A DNA stretch of 64,000 bases from an uncultured delta proteobacterium (GTDB taxonomy: Bacteria; Desulfobacterota; Binatia; HRBIN30; BPIQ01), in assembly GCA_963761335.1 (NCBI GenBank), contig CAVXGR010000009.1, positions 32,001 to 96,000 on the forward strand, read 5' to 3'. Below the pieces are notes generated by a model. The model was given only the letters and a program-made list of their open reading frames with translations, ran no database searches and had not been told where the DNA came from. A program made the translations under genes and the position numbers. Of this stretch, positions 20,611 to 29,804 are shown piece by piece (within the stretch, counting starts at the first letter, position 1; each line of letters starts with the position of its first letter).

Positions 20611-20847
20611 ATGAGAACGGCGGGAATTCGCGAGGCCCGACAGAACTTGACTTCGTTGCTGGATGAAGTCCGTAAAGGGCGCGAGGTGTGGATCACGGAC
20701 CGGGGACGTCCGGTCGCTCGCCTCGTTCCCCCATCGCAGGAATCCGAGCGTCCTTTCTCCAGCCACCGTCGTTTCCGCGCCGGAATCCGGCTGAAGGGAC
20801 GGCCACTATCCGAGACCGCGAGTCAGGACCGTGGAGATCGGCTCTAG
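20611..20847 (+). CDS. Phd/YefM-family antitoxin
   Basis: GIREARQNLTSLLDEVRKGREVWITDRGRPVARLVP. Confidence 0.9.
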   Translation: MRTAGIREARQNLTSLLDEVRKGREVWITDRGRPVARLVPPSQESERPFSSHRRFRAGIRLKGRPLSETASQDRGDRL

Positions 20848-21254
20848 TCCGCTCTATGTAGACACCAGTGCCTTGGCGAAGCTCTACGTTGCTGAGTCGA
20901 GCAGTGCGACGCTCGAGGCGGCTCTGGTCGGCGGCACGATCTCATCGTCTCCGCGCTGGCGGTCCCCGAGCTGTGCTCCTCCATCGCTCGGCGAGCTCGA
21001 GAAGGAGACCTCTCGACGGCCCATGCCCAGCGACTCTATCGGCGAGTCCTGCGAGACTGCGCCGACGGTGAGTTTCGCCGAGCCGAGCTCACCGCCAGCA
21101 TTCACCGGGATGCCGAACGCCTCCTTCTCCCTTGGGCCGGCGCGTTGCTCTGCGCGCGGCGGACGCTCTGCACCTCGCCCTTGCAGGGGCCTACGCAGCG
21201 CGAGTACTGATCACCGTCGATACAGGAATGGCGCGCCGCCGCCGAGTGTCCTAG
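20831..21254 (+). pseudogene. PIN-domain (VapC-like) toxin, frameshifted
   Basis: YVDTSALAKLY in the first frame; VSALAVPEL and LRAADALHLA in shifted frames. Confidence 0.75.
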
Positions 21255-21311
21255 TTTGCCGGTCCGACTCTGCAATTATCTCCCGCCCGCCTCGCGCAAG
21301 GGTCTCCATCG

Positions 21312-21448
21312 CTCTCCCCGCATTCTTTTCGCGGGGAGAGGATCAAGGTGAGGGGTTCCATTCTCACTGAGGTTCACGATTTCTGCGGCGTCCAGGTAAG
21401 ATTGGAACCTCATCCGACTTCCCGCGAAACAATGCGGGAGAGGGAACC
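21312..21448. repeat. REP doublet family B (CTCTCCCC...GGGGAGAGG...GGTGAGGG), free copy
   Basis: Colinear with the cargo at about 47622-47765 but without the conserved insert ends. Confidence 0.8.
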
Positions 21449-21587
21449 GGCGCCCGCAGCGGCGTGAAAATCGACGCGGAAGTCGTTGTCAATGGGGTGC
21501 ATTCGCCAAAAGTAGGACAGTACCGACCACGTATCGCGTGGACGCGCGCGCCGGAATGGGGTATCGACGCGCCCGGAGAGAGTCGCC

Positions 21588-22661
21588 GTGCTGTCGCGCG
21601 AGAGAGATACCGGGCCGCTGCGCAACCGTCTGGAGGAATGGCTGCGGCGGCAGATGCCGGGCGCCGAGGACCTGTCGCTCGCACCCCTGCGCAAGCCCGA
21701 GGCCGGGCTGTCGAGCGAGACGTTTCTCTGCGACCTCACCTATCGCGAGGGCGGCGCCGGGCGCGAGCTCGGGCTGGTGCTGCGCCTGCGGCCGTCGGAC
21801 TTTCTCGTCTTCCCCGAGTACGATCTGCCGCGCCAGTGGCGACTCCTCCGATCCCTCGCCGGCAGCGGCGTGCCGGTTCCCGTCGTGCACGGCGTCGAAG
21901 AGGACGAGTCCATACTCGGCTCCCCCTTCTATCTGATGGAGCGCATCGACGGGCGCGTGCCCTCGGAGGTACCGCCCTATCATTGCGCCGGCCTCTGCTT
22001 CGAGGCCTCACCGGCCGAGCGCCAGCGCATGTGGTGGAGCGGCATCGAGGCGCTGGCGCGCCTTCACACGCTCGACTGGCGGGCGCGCGGGCTGTCGTTT
22101 CTCGGCGCGCCGGCGGCGGGAACCGACGCTCTCGACCGGCAGATCGACTGCTACACCCGCTACCTGCGCTGGGTCGCGGGCGATCGTCCGCAGCCGATTC
22201 TCGAATCCGCCCTCGCCTGGCTGCGCGACAACCGCTACACGCCGCGACGCGTCGGCCTCTGCTGGGGAGACGCGCGCATGCCCAACCTGATCTTCCGCGA
22301 CGGCGAGGTTGCGGGCGTGCTCGATTGGGAGATGGCCTTTCTCGGCGATCCCGAGGCCGATCTCGGCTGGTTTCTGTTCATGGACTGGGCCAGCTGCGAC
22401 GGCTACGGATTTCCCCGTCTCGAGGGCTTCCCGAGCCGGGAGCAGACCATCGATCGCTACCAGCAGCTCACCGGCGCCGAGGTGGAGAACGCCTACTACA
22501 ACGAGGTGTTCGCGGCCCTGCGCTTCGGCGTCATCATGGCGCGCGTCGCCGGGCGCATGCAGGAGCTCGGCCTGCCGACACCGGTCCCGGATTTCGAGCG
22601 CAACAACGTGTGCACGCAGCGCCTCGCGGCGCTGCTGGAGCTGCCGCCTCCGGGCACCTGA
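21588..22661 (+). CDS. Aminoglycoside-phosphotransferase-fold kinase (ACAD10-like APH domain)
   Basis: GLSSET, PFYLMERIDG, WGDARMPNLIF, VLDWEMAFLGDPEADLGW. Confidence 0.88.
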   Translation: MLSRERDTGPLRNRLEEWLRRQMPGAEDLSLAPLRKPEAGLSSETFLCDLTYREGGAGRELGLVLRLRPSDFLVFPEYDLPRQWRLLRSLAGSGVPVPVVHGVEEDESILGSPFYLMERIDGRVPSEVPPYHCAGLCFEASPAERQRMWWSGIEALARLHTLDWRARGLSFLGAPAAGTDALDRQIDCYTRYLRWVAGDRPQPILESALAWLRDNRYTPRRVGLCWGDARMPNLIFRDGEVAGVLDWEMAFLGDPEADLGWFLFMDWASCDGYGFPRLEGFPSREQTIDRYQQLTGAEVENAYYNEVFAALRFGVIMARVAGRMQELGLPTPVPDFERNNVCTQRLAALLELPPPGT

Positions 22662-22679
22662 AGGCGCGGAGAGAGAAAG

Positions 22680-23567
22680 ATGCCCAGCACCGTGCATCTG
22701 GCAACCGCGGAGAACGACGAGCGCCATGCTCCCGCGCCGGGATCGCCGGCGCTGTGGAACGACAGCTACTGGTTCCCGATCTACGATCCGACGCGCGAGA
22801 TCGGCGTGGTGCTGCGCGGCGGCGTCCTCGCCAACCAGAAGCGGGCAAACCTCGCCGTCTTCATCACCCACTGCGGCCGCGTCGTGCACCAGCTCGTCGA
22901 TCACGCCCTGCCGCTGCCGGCGATGGACGGGCGCCAGCTCGCTCTCGGCGGATTGCAGGTGGATTGGGAGAAGCCCCTGGAGGGCTTCCGCCTGCGCTAC
23001 GCCTACGGGCAGCACGGCTTCGATCTCGTCTGGCAGGCGTACAGCCCGGCATACGAGTACCCACAGGCCGGTGCTGCACAGGGCCAGATCAGCCAGGGCG
23101 GCCGCGTCTCCGGCGAGATCCGCATCGGCGGATCCCGCTATGACATGAGCTGCCTCGGGCATCGCGACCACACCTGGGGCAGCGAGCCCAACTGGGCCAA
23201 GCTTCGCAGCTGGGAGCACCTGTGCGGAGACATCGATCCCCAGCTCTGGTTCCGGGTATCGCGCCTCGCCTTCGCCGGTGGTCCGGAGATCAGCGCCGGC
23301 TGCCTGTGGGACGGCGCCGAGCTGCACGAGGCGCGCGACATCCAGATCCATCCCGAGACCGCCGACGGCGGCACGCGCCAGATCGGCGTCGAGGCGCGCT
23401 TCGCCGACGAGCGCGGGCGGGTGTACGAGGTGATTGGCCAGCAGGTGCTGGTCCACTTACCCGTTCAGTACGGGCGTACCTGGCTGAAGGACGGAGTTAC
23501 GCTTTACCGCTATGGCGAGCGCTTCGGCTATGGGATCTACCAGCACGGGTACCTGGAGCGGGACTGA
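22680..23567 (+). CDS. Hypothetical protein, probable tandem beta-barrel (AttH/lipocalin-like)
   Basis: WNDSYWF and GHRDHTWG motifs; co-oriented 18 bp after the APH gene; fold is an inference. Confidence 0.6.
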   Translation: MPSTVHLATAENDERHAPAPGSPALWNDSYWFPIYDPTREIGVVLRGGVLANQKRANLAVFITHCGRVVHQLVDHALPLPAMDGRQLALGGLQVDWEKPLEGFRLRYAYGQHGFDLVWQAYSPAYEYPQAGAAQGQISQGGRVSGEIRIGGSRYDMSCLGHRDHTWGSEPNWAKLRSWEHLCGDIDPQLWFRVSRLAFAGGPEISAGCLWDGAELHEARDIQIHPETADGGTRQIGVEARFADERGRVYEVIGQQVLVHLPVQYGRTWLKDGVTLYRYGERFGYGIYQHGYLERD

Positions 23568-23702
23568 AGAGAATGTAGAATGAAAAACCGGTGACCGGTG
23601 ATTCAGAACCGGCAAATGATTCGCCGGGCGGTTCCCCGGTTCTTCTTCTCCATCACCGGTTCTTCATTCTGCATGACCGGTTTTTCGTCTTACATTCTCT
23701 TC
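23566..23702. repeat. Inverted repeat between convergent genes (possible bidirectional terminator)
   Basis: GAAGAGAATGTAGAATGAAAAACCGGT pairs with ACCGGTTTTTCGTCTTACATTCTCTTC (24/27). Confidence 0.75.
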
Positions 23703-23712
23703 CTCTTCGCCC

Positions 23713-24411
23713 TCAGGCCAGATCGAAGAGGAGGATCTCCGCGGGACCGTCGGCGCGGATGGAGATCTCCGGCTGGTCGCTGATGGCGGCGCCGTCGCCG
23801 GCGTGCAGCGACTCGCGATCGAGTGAGACGTCGCCGCGCGCCACCTGCAGCCAGGCGTGACGCCCTGGCCGCAGCGGATGTCGCACCTCCGCCGAGGCGT
23901 CGAGCCGCGAGGCGTAGAGAGCGACGTTCTGATGCACCGTCAGGGCGCCGCCCGCGCCGTCGCGCGAGGCGACGAGAAGCAGCTGGTTACGCCGCTCGTC
24001 GAAAGGAAAGGTGCGCTGCTCATAGGAAGGGGACATACCGTTGCGCTCCGGCAGGATCCAGATCTGCAGCAGGTGCACCGGCTCGCTCGCCGACGGATTG
24101 AACTCGCTGTGGGTCACGCCCGTCCCGGCGCTCATACGCTGCAGCTCGCCGGGCCGGATCATCGAGCCGTTGCCCATGCTGTCGCGGTGTTGCAGCGCGC
24201 CGTCGAGGACGTAGGTGACGATCTCCATGTCCCGATGCGGGTGGGTGCCGAAGCCCTGCGACGGCTGCACGCGATCCTCATTGATCACCCGCAGGTCGCG
24301 GAAGCCCATGTGCGCGGGGTCATGGTAGTCGGCGAAGGAGAAGGTGTGACGGGTATCCAGCCAGCCGTGATTCGCGTGTCCGCGCTCGGCGCTGCGCCGC
24401 AAGGTGATCAT
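23713..24411 (-). CDS. Pirin family protein (YhhW-like)
   Basis: HTFSFADY, LRVINEDRV, GFGTHPHRDMEI, MSAGTGVTHSE, LLQIWILP. Confidence 0.93.
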   Translation of the reverse strand: MITLRRSAERGHANHGWLDTRHTFSFADYHDPAHMGFRDLRVINEDRVQPSQGFGTHPHRDMEIVTYVLDGALQHRDSMGNGSMIRPGELQRMSAGTGVTHSEFNPSASEPVHLLQIWILPERNGMSPSYEQRTFPFDERRNQLLLVASRDGAGGALTVHQNVALYASRLDASAEVRHPLRPGRHAWLQVARGDVSLDRESLHAGDGAAISDQPEISIRADGPAEILLFDLA

Positions 24412-24603
24412 CAGATCCTGCCTCCTCTGAACCATGATGGCAGAAGTGGCGCGGCATGGGTATGGGCGCCGGCCAAAGGATAAACGGCGGCGCGCCGCTT
24501 CGGAAGGCGCCGAGACGGCGCTCCCACTCTGCGAAAAAATTGGGGGTAGGATGCGCAACCGCACCGCCGGGCGTAGACTGAGCGACTGGAAAAGGAGGCT
24601 ACC

Positions 24604-25050
24604 ATGATGAAGACGCGGATTCTCTCACTGGTCACCGCTCCGGCGCTGCTGCTCATCCTGGCGATGCCGGTGCACGCCCAGCAGGCGAAGCCGACGGCGG
24701 CCGGCGGCGCGGCCGCCATGTCGGCCAAGCATCAGCAGATGATGGCGAGGCACAAGGAAATGATGGATCGCATGGCCGCCGACAACGCCCGCCTCGACGA
24801 GCTGGTGACCAAGATAGACGCGGCCACCACGGAGAGCGCCAAGCTCGACGCCATTGCCGCGGTGGTGAAAGAGCTCGTCTCCCAGCACCAGGCGCGGCAG
24901 AAGATGATGGGCGCGATGCATCCGCGCATGATGAAGGGGATGATGGGAAAGATGCAGGGCAAGGGTGCGGGCCCCTGCACCGACTGTCCAAACTGTCCCG
25001 ACTGTCCGATGATGAAGGGAATGATGGGCGGCGGCACACCGACTCCATAG
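24604..25050 (+). CDS. Secreted Met-rich protein with Cys-rich tail
   Basis: Signal peptide ending PVHA; Met-rich helices; CTDCPNCPDCPMM; GGAGG RBS. Confidence 0.75.
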   Translation: MMKTRILSLVTAPALLLILAMPVHAQQAKPTAAGGAAAMSAKHQQMMARHKEMMDRMAADNARLDELVTKIDAATTESAKLDAIAAVVKELVSQHQARQKMMGAMHPRMMKGMMGKMQGKGAGPCTDCPNCPDCPMMKGMMGGGTPTP

Positions 25051-25093
25051 CGGCCGGTAGTTATCAGTTTGATTCGACGCACGGGCACCAGGT

Positions 25094-25198
25094 CCCTCTC
25101 CCCGCACTTCCGCGGGGAGAGGTCAGGTGACTACGCAGCTTCAAAGAAGATCGGCACCCTCACCCCTGCCCCTCTCCCACAGGCAATGCGGGAGAGGG
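25094..25198. repeat. REP doublet family B, free copy
   Basis: CCCTCTCCCCGC..GCGGGGAGAGG and AGATCGGCACCCTCACCC..CCCTCTCCC..GGGAGAGGG shared with the type B cargo. Confidence 0.78.
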
Positions 25199-25286
25199 CG
25201 ACGCCGAACGGCCCGAAATGAATTGAGGCTCTACCTAGCCGCAGATCGCTTGACGCCCGCGGAGACCTTCCGGTAAGCGTCGGCGG

Positions 25287-25709
25287 ATGGCCGAGACATA
25301 CACGGGACCGATCCCCAAGCCTACTCCCGAGACGCGCAAGTACTGGCAGGCGGCGAGGCAGCACACCCTGCTGATCCAGCGCTGCAACGCCTGCGGCGAG
25401 CACTACTTCTATCCGCGGCCGATGTGCCCGCGCTGCCTCTCGCGCCAGGTCGAGTGGGTCGAGGCCAGCGGCCGCGGTCGCCTGCACACCTTCGTCATCA
25501 ACCACCGGCCGCCGCGCAGCTTCCCGCAGAAGGGGCCCCTGGTCATCGGCATCGTCGAGCTGGAGGAAGGGCCGAAGATGCTGAGCAACATCATCGACGT
25601 CGAGCCCGACCCCGCGAAGATCCGCTGCGACATGCCGGTGGAGGTGGTCTTCGAGGACATCACCGAGGAGATCGCCCTGCCGAAGTTCCGGCCGGCGCTG
25701 CAGCCATGA
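25287..25709 (+). CDS. DUF35 Zn-ribbon/OB-fold protein (ChsH2 C-terminal-like)
   Basis: QRCNACG...YPRPMCPRC, VELEEGP, VEVVFED. Confidence 0.92.
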   Translation: MAETYTGPIPKPTPETRKYWQAARQHTLLIQRCNACGEHYFYPRPMCPRCLSRQVEWVEASGRGRLHTFVINHRPPRSFPQKGPLVIGIVELEEGPKMLSNIIDVEPDPAKIRCDMPVEVVFEDITEEIALPKFRPALQP

Positions 25710-26866
25710 GCGACTTCCGCAAGCTGCGCGGCTCCGCCGCCATCGTCGGCGTTGCCGAGTCGGACGAGCTCGGGCGCCTGCCGGACAAGTCGGCCCTCGC
25801 CCTCCACATGGAGGCGACGCACAACGCCCTCGCCGACGCCGGCCTGAAGAAGAGCGACATCGACGCGGTGTTCACCTCGGGCCGCAACATGGCCAACGAC
25901 CTGCCCGAGTACCTCGGCATCCGGCCGCGCTTCGTCGGCGGCACCCAGGTGGGCGGCTGCTCCTTCATCCTGCACGTCGAGCACGCCATGGCGGCCATCC
26001 ACGCCGGGCTCTGCGAGGTGGCGCTGATCACCCACGGCGAGAGTGGAGCGTCGCGCATCGCCATGCCGACACCGCGCTGGGGAGAGGACTCGACCAACAA
26101 CCAGTTCGAGCTGCCCTACGGTACCCTGGGGCCGGCGACGGGCTATGGGTTCCTGGCGACCCGCCACATGCACCAGTACGGCACCACCAGCGAGCAGCTG
26201 GCCGAGGTCGCGGTGGCGACGCGCAAGTGGGCGGCGCTGAACCCCAAGGCTCTGATGCGCGACCCGATCACCGTCGACGATGTTCTCGGCTCGCGGCTGA
26301 TCGCCTGGCCCTTCCACCTGCTCGACTGTTGCCTGGTCACCGACGCCGGCGGCGCCGCCATCGTCACCTCCGCGGAGCGCGCCCGCGACCTGGCAAAGCC
26401 GCCCGTCTACGTGCTGGGCACCGGCGAGTGCGTCACTCATCAGATGGTGAGCCAGATGCCGGCGTTCGACCGCTGGGACGCCGCCATCGACTCGGGCCGC
26501 CGCGCCTTCGAGATGTCGGGGGTCGCGCCCGGCGACATCGACGTCGCCGAGCTCTACGACGCCTTCACCATCGTTCCCATGCTGGCGCTCGAATCCCTCG
26601 GCTTCTGCAAGCCCGGCGAGAGCGGCGCCTTCGTCTCCGGCCAGCGCACCGCGCCTGGCGGCGACTTCCCGATGAACACCAACGGCGGCGGCCTCTCCTA
26701 CACGCACACCGGGATGTACGGCATCTTCACCATCATCGAGGCGGTGCGGCAGCTGCGCGGCGAGTGCGGCGAGCGGCAGGTGAAGGGAGCGAAGACGGCG
26801 ATCTGCCACGGCACCGGCGGCACCTGGAGCGCCGCGGCGACGTTGATCGTCTCGACCGAGCGCTAG
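25706..26866 (+). CDS. SCP-x-type thiolase-like protein (Ltp2-like)
   Basis: AIVGVAES, LLDCCLVTDAGGA, ELYDAFT, NTNGGGLS; ATGA overlap with DUF35 gene. Confidence 0.9.
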   Translation: MSDFRKLRGSAAIVGVAESDELGRLPDKSALALHMEATHNALADAGLKKSDIDAVFTSGRNMANDLPEYLGIRPRFVGGTQVGGCSFILHVEHAMAAIHAGLCEVALITHGESGASRIAMPTPRWGEDSTNNQFELPYGTLGPATGYGFLATRHMHQYGTTSEQLAEVAVATRKWAALNPKALMRDPITVDDVLGSRLIAWPFHLLDCCLVTDAGGAAIVTSAERARDLAKPPVYVLGTGECVTHQMVSQMPAFDRWDAAIDSGRRAFEMSGVAPGDIDVAELYDAFTIVPMLALESLGFCKPGESGAFVSGQRTAPGGDFPMNTNGGGLSYTHTGMYGIFTIIEAVRQLRGECGERQVKGAKTAICHGTGGTWSAAATLIVSTER

Positions 26867-27576
26867 GGCTGCAGGCGGTCGGCGTCGCCCGGGACGACGC
26901 CCGCAGGCGATGGGTTGTCGGCGCCCGCCATGCCGACTCCGCCCCGATCGGCGCTGACCATGCGGCGCCCGAAGGGTTCCGCCGCCGGCGCGCAGGAGCA
27001 GCTGCCGGGGTCGCACACGACGCGGAAGCGCTGCGGCAGAGGCGTGTCGCCGTACTTGGTCCGCTGGCACAAGCCCTTGGCGCGACGATAGATGTTCTCG
27101 ATGCGGACGGCCTCGAACTCGTGCTCGCCAGGGTCGAGGCCCTCGCAGTCCTGAACGGCGTGCGCCACCTCGTGCAGCAGCGAGGCGGTCGGGTCTCGGT
27201 CGACGGCCGCATCGGGATCGCCGTCGCAGCCGCGCTCCAACGGAGTGCGCAGAGCCGGGTTCCAGCTGATCGTGCGCACGCGATCCGCATCCGCTCCGTC
27301 GGGCCGATCGATCGAGTTGCGATCCGCCTGAAAGTCCGTACACACCTGATAGCGGTGCACCGTGCAGGCGCGGAACTTGCGCAGCAGCGCGCGGACCTCA
27401 GCCGATCCGCCGCAGGGGTCGATACTCGTCTCGATGTCGACCAGAGCGCGCATCACCCGCGCCTGCCGGGCCGGTGCATCACAGACGACCGGCGGCCCCT
27501 CGGCTCGCGCAGCGACAGCCGCACCGAGGAGGACCATCCCCATCGCGGAGAGAAGGAGCAGGCAGGCAGGGCGCAT
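26863..27576 (-). CDS. Secreted HExxH zinc metallopeptidase-like protein (M91-like)
   Basis: Signal peptide; LLHEVAHA...EFEAVRIENIYRRAKGLCQRTKY. Confidence 0.6.
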   Translation of the reverse strand: MRPACLLLLSAMGMVLLGAAVAARAEGPPVVCDAPARQARVMRALVDIETSIDPCGGSAEVRALLRKFRACTVHRYQVCTDFQADRNSIDRPDGADADRVRTISWNPALRTPLERGCDGDPDAAVDRDPTASLLHEVAHAVQDCEGLDPGEHEFEAVRIENIYRRAKGLCQRTKYGDTPLPQRFRVVCDPGSCSCAPAAEPFGRRMVSADRGGVGMAGADNPSPAGVVPGDADRLQP

Positions 27577-27896
27577 CGGCGAAAGTTCCTACGCCTCAAG
27601 CATGCCCGGGGCCAAAACGAGACATTGATTTTGAATGGGAAATTTCGGATTCACTGCGGCGAATTGTTGGCGCTCGGCGACAACCCCCATCTCGGCTGAT
27701 TCCGGGCGCCGGGCCCTAAGGATTTCTTTATCTATTCAAAACGACGGGCGAATCCAAGCGAAAAGTTCGCCGGCCCGCGACTTGGCGGACTGCCGGCAGG
27801 TAAACTTTGCAGCGGCGTCTTTCGATCCTTCCGCCAAACGGGGCGGGTATCGGCCGAGGCGCCTACAGACCGACACCACGCATCCTCCCCGGCTAC

Positions 27897-27912
27897 GGGC
27901 ATCCGTCTTGCT
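27897..27912 (+). promoter_or_regulatory. Possible sigma-54 promoter for the BON gene
   Basis: GGGCATCCGTCTTGCT has GG-N10-GC with TTGC. Confidence 0.4.
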
Positions 27913-28020
27913 CTTCACCCGTGGCGGGGACCAGAGCCGATCGCCGCGGCGCGCGGCGCGGCGGTCGGCTCATCTAGACACACCTAGACACACCCTAGAC
28001 ACAGAGAAAGGAGAGGAACG

Positions 28021-28470
28021 ATGAAGACCATGCTCACAGCAGTGCTGGCGGCATCGCTTGCCTTCGCAGTCGGCGGCTGCACCAACAATACGCCGGGAGC
28101 GAATACCGATGCCCAGATCACCGCGAAAGTGAAGACGCAGCTGGCGGAGTCCAACATGCCGCAGCTGGCAAGAGTGGACGTCGACACCACCAACGGCACC
28201 GTCTATCTGCGCGGCACCGTCTCCACGGCCGACACCAAGACTCGGGCCGGCGACATCGCCCGCAACACCGGCGGCGTCGACAAGGTGGTCAACAACCTGC
28301 AGATCTCCATGGCCGGCGACAATCCGCCAGCCGCGAACCCGAATCCCCCGCCGCCGGCGGAGAACAATCCGCCCGCCGGAAACCCGGGGGCCAATCCTCC
28401 CGCGGTAAATCCCGGAGTGAACCCGCCGCCGGCAGAGCAGCCCGGACAGCCGGGACAGCCGATGCAGTGA
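28021..28470 (+). CDS. BON-domain lipoprotein with Asn/Pro-rich tail
   Basis: Lipobox VGGC; DAQITAKVKTQL...VDVDTTNGTVYLRG...GVDKVVNNL. Confidence 0.9.
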   Translation: MKTMLTAVLAASLAFAVGGCTNNTPGANTDAQITAKVKTQLAESNMPQLARVDVDTTNGTVYLRGTVSTADTKTRAGDIARNTGGVDKVVNNLQISMAGDNPPAANPNPPPPAENNPPAGNPGANPPAVNPGVNPPPAEQPGQPGQPMQ

Positions 28471-28648
28471 CAGGCAGGGCCGCGCTCACATGTTCGCGAA
28501 ATGAAACCAGCGCGACGCAACTCGGTGGGATCGCGCCTGAAACTTGCGGTTGCGATTCTGCTGATCGGGAGGCCGGAGCACAGCCGTGCTCCGGCCCTCC
28601 CTTCTTTTCCGGCGCCGGCGCTCGCAAAACCCTGAAGCGGCGGCGCCT

Positions 28649-29776
28649 CTACTTTCCGCCGACCGCCTCGGCGAGTCGGGCGACGTCGTCCTCGTCGTTG
28701 TAGAAGTGCGGGGAGACGCGAACCCCGCCGGCGCGCGGGCGGGCGACGATGCCGCTGGCGGACAGGCGCGCCAGCAGCGCCTGCGGATCGCCGCGCCGGA
28801 AGGTGATGATCCCCGAACGGAGGAGATCATCTCCCCAGGGGCTGAGAATGTCGGCGCCGCGGCGCCGCAGCTCTTCGCCGATCGAGCGCGTCAGCGCCAG
28901 AACTCTCTCCTCGACGGCCTGCGGGCCGACCTCGAGCAGGAGATCCAGCGCTGCGCCCAGCGCCTGCACGCCGAGCTGCGGCGGACTCCCCGGCTCGAAC
29001 CTGGCGGCATCGGGCCGCGGATGAAAATGATACGGGAGGTAGGTATCGGCGTCGGTGACGCTCTTCCAGCCGTGCAGCACCGAGTGCACGCGCTCGAGGA
29101 GGCGTGCCGAGATGTACAGGCAGCCGACTCCCTCCGGTGCCAGCATCCACTTGTGGCCGCCGACCGCCAGGCAGTCGACGCCCTGCAGCTCGACATCGAG
29201 GCGGATGGCACCGACGCCCTGAATGCCGTCGACGCAGAGGAGAATGCCGCGCTGGCGACAGAACGAGGCGATCGAGGCCAGATCGTTGCGACCGCCGCGC
29301 TGCCAGTCGACGAAGCTCACCGCCGCCACCCGGGTACGCCCGTCGGCGGCGGCGGCGATGTCGTCGGCGCCGACCATCCCGTTTCTCGACTGCACCAGGC
29401 GGGTCTCCACACCGTGGCCGCGCAGGCCGAACCAGGGGTAGACGTTCGACGGATATTCGCCGTCGACGGCGACGACGTTGTCGCCGTCGCGCCAGTCCAG
29501 ACCCGCGGCCACCAGAGACAGGCCTTCGGAGGTGTTCTTCACGAAGGCGATCTCCTCCGGCCGCGCGCCGACGAGGCGGGCAAAGGCGGCGCGCACCTCC
29601 TCGCCGCGCGCCTCCCAGCGCTTCTGGATGGAGCGCTCGACCACCATCGCCTCGTCGGCGAAGGCCTTCACCGCCGCGGCGACGCGCCGCGGGATCGGCG
29701 AGATGCCGGCGTGGTTCAGATGCAGCAGTCGCTCGGTGATGGGAAACTCCCGCCGCCAGCGTCTCCAGTCGCTCAT
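28649..29776 (-). CDS. Class V PLP-dependent aminotransferase (cysteine desulfurase-like)
   Basis: LNHAGISP, FVKNTSEGL, VDGIQGVG, GGHKWMLAPEG, VRVSPHFYN. Confidence 0.92.
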   Translation of the reverse strand: MSDWRRWRREFPITERLLHLNHAGISPIPRRVAAAVKAFADEAMVVERSIQKRWEARGEEVRAAFARLVGARPEEIAFVKNTSEGLSLVAAGLDWRDGDNVVAVDGEYPSNVYPWFGLRGHGVETRLVQSRNGMVGADDIAAAADGRTRVAAVSFVDWQRGGRNDLASIASFCRQRGILLCVDGIQGVGAIRLDVELQGVDCLAVGGHKWMLAPEGVGCLYISARLLERVHSVLHGWKSVTDADTYLPYHFHPRPDAARFEPGSPPQLGVQALGAALDLLLEVGPQAVEERVLALTRSIGEELRRRGADILSPWGDDLLRSGIITFRRGDPQALLARLSASGIVARPRAGGVRVSPHFYNDEDDVARLAEAVGGK

Positions 29777-29804
29777 GGCGCGCATCATACAGAAACGCCG
29801 AGAT

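Noticed and set aside
9500..21254. Programmed frameshifting or phase variation
   Set aside because: Breaks are numerous and lack consistent slippery sites or long homopolymers; error or decay is simpler.
21588..22661. Aminoglycoside resistance gene
   Set aside because: Sequence and context fit the ACAD10-like APH subfamily found with lipid catabolism.
27580..27890. Riboswitch or ncRNA in the AT-richer intergenic region
   Set aside because: No recognisable consensus by eye; an Rfam search would be needed.
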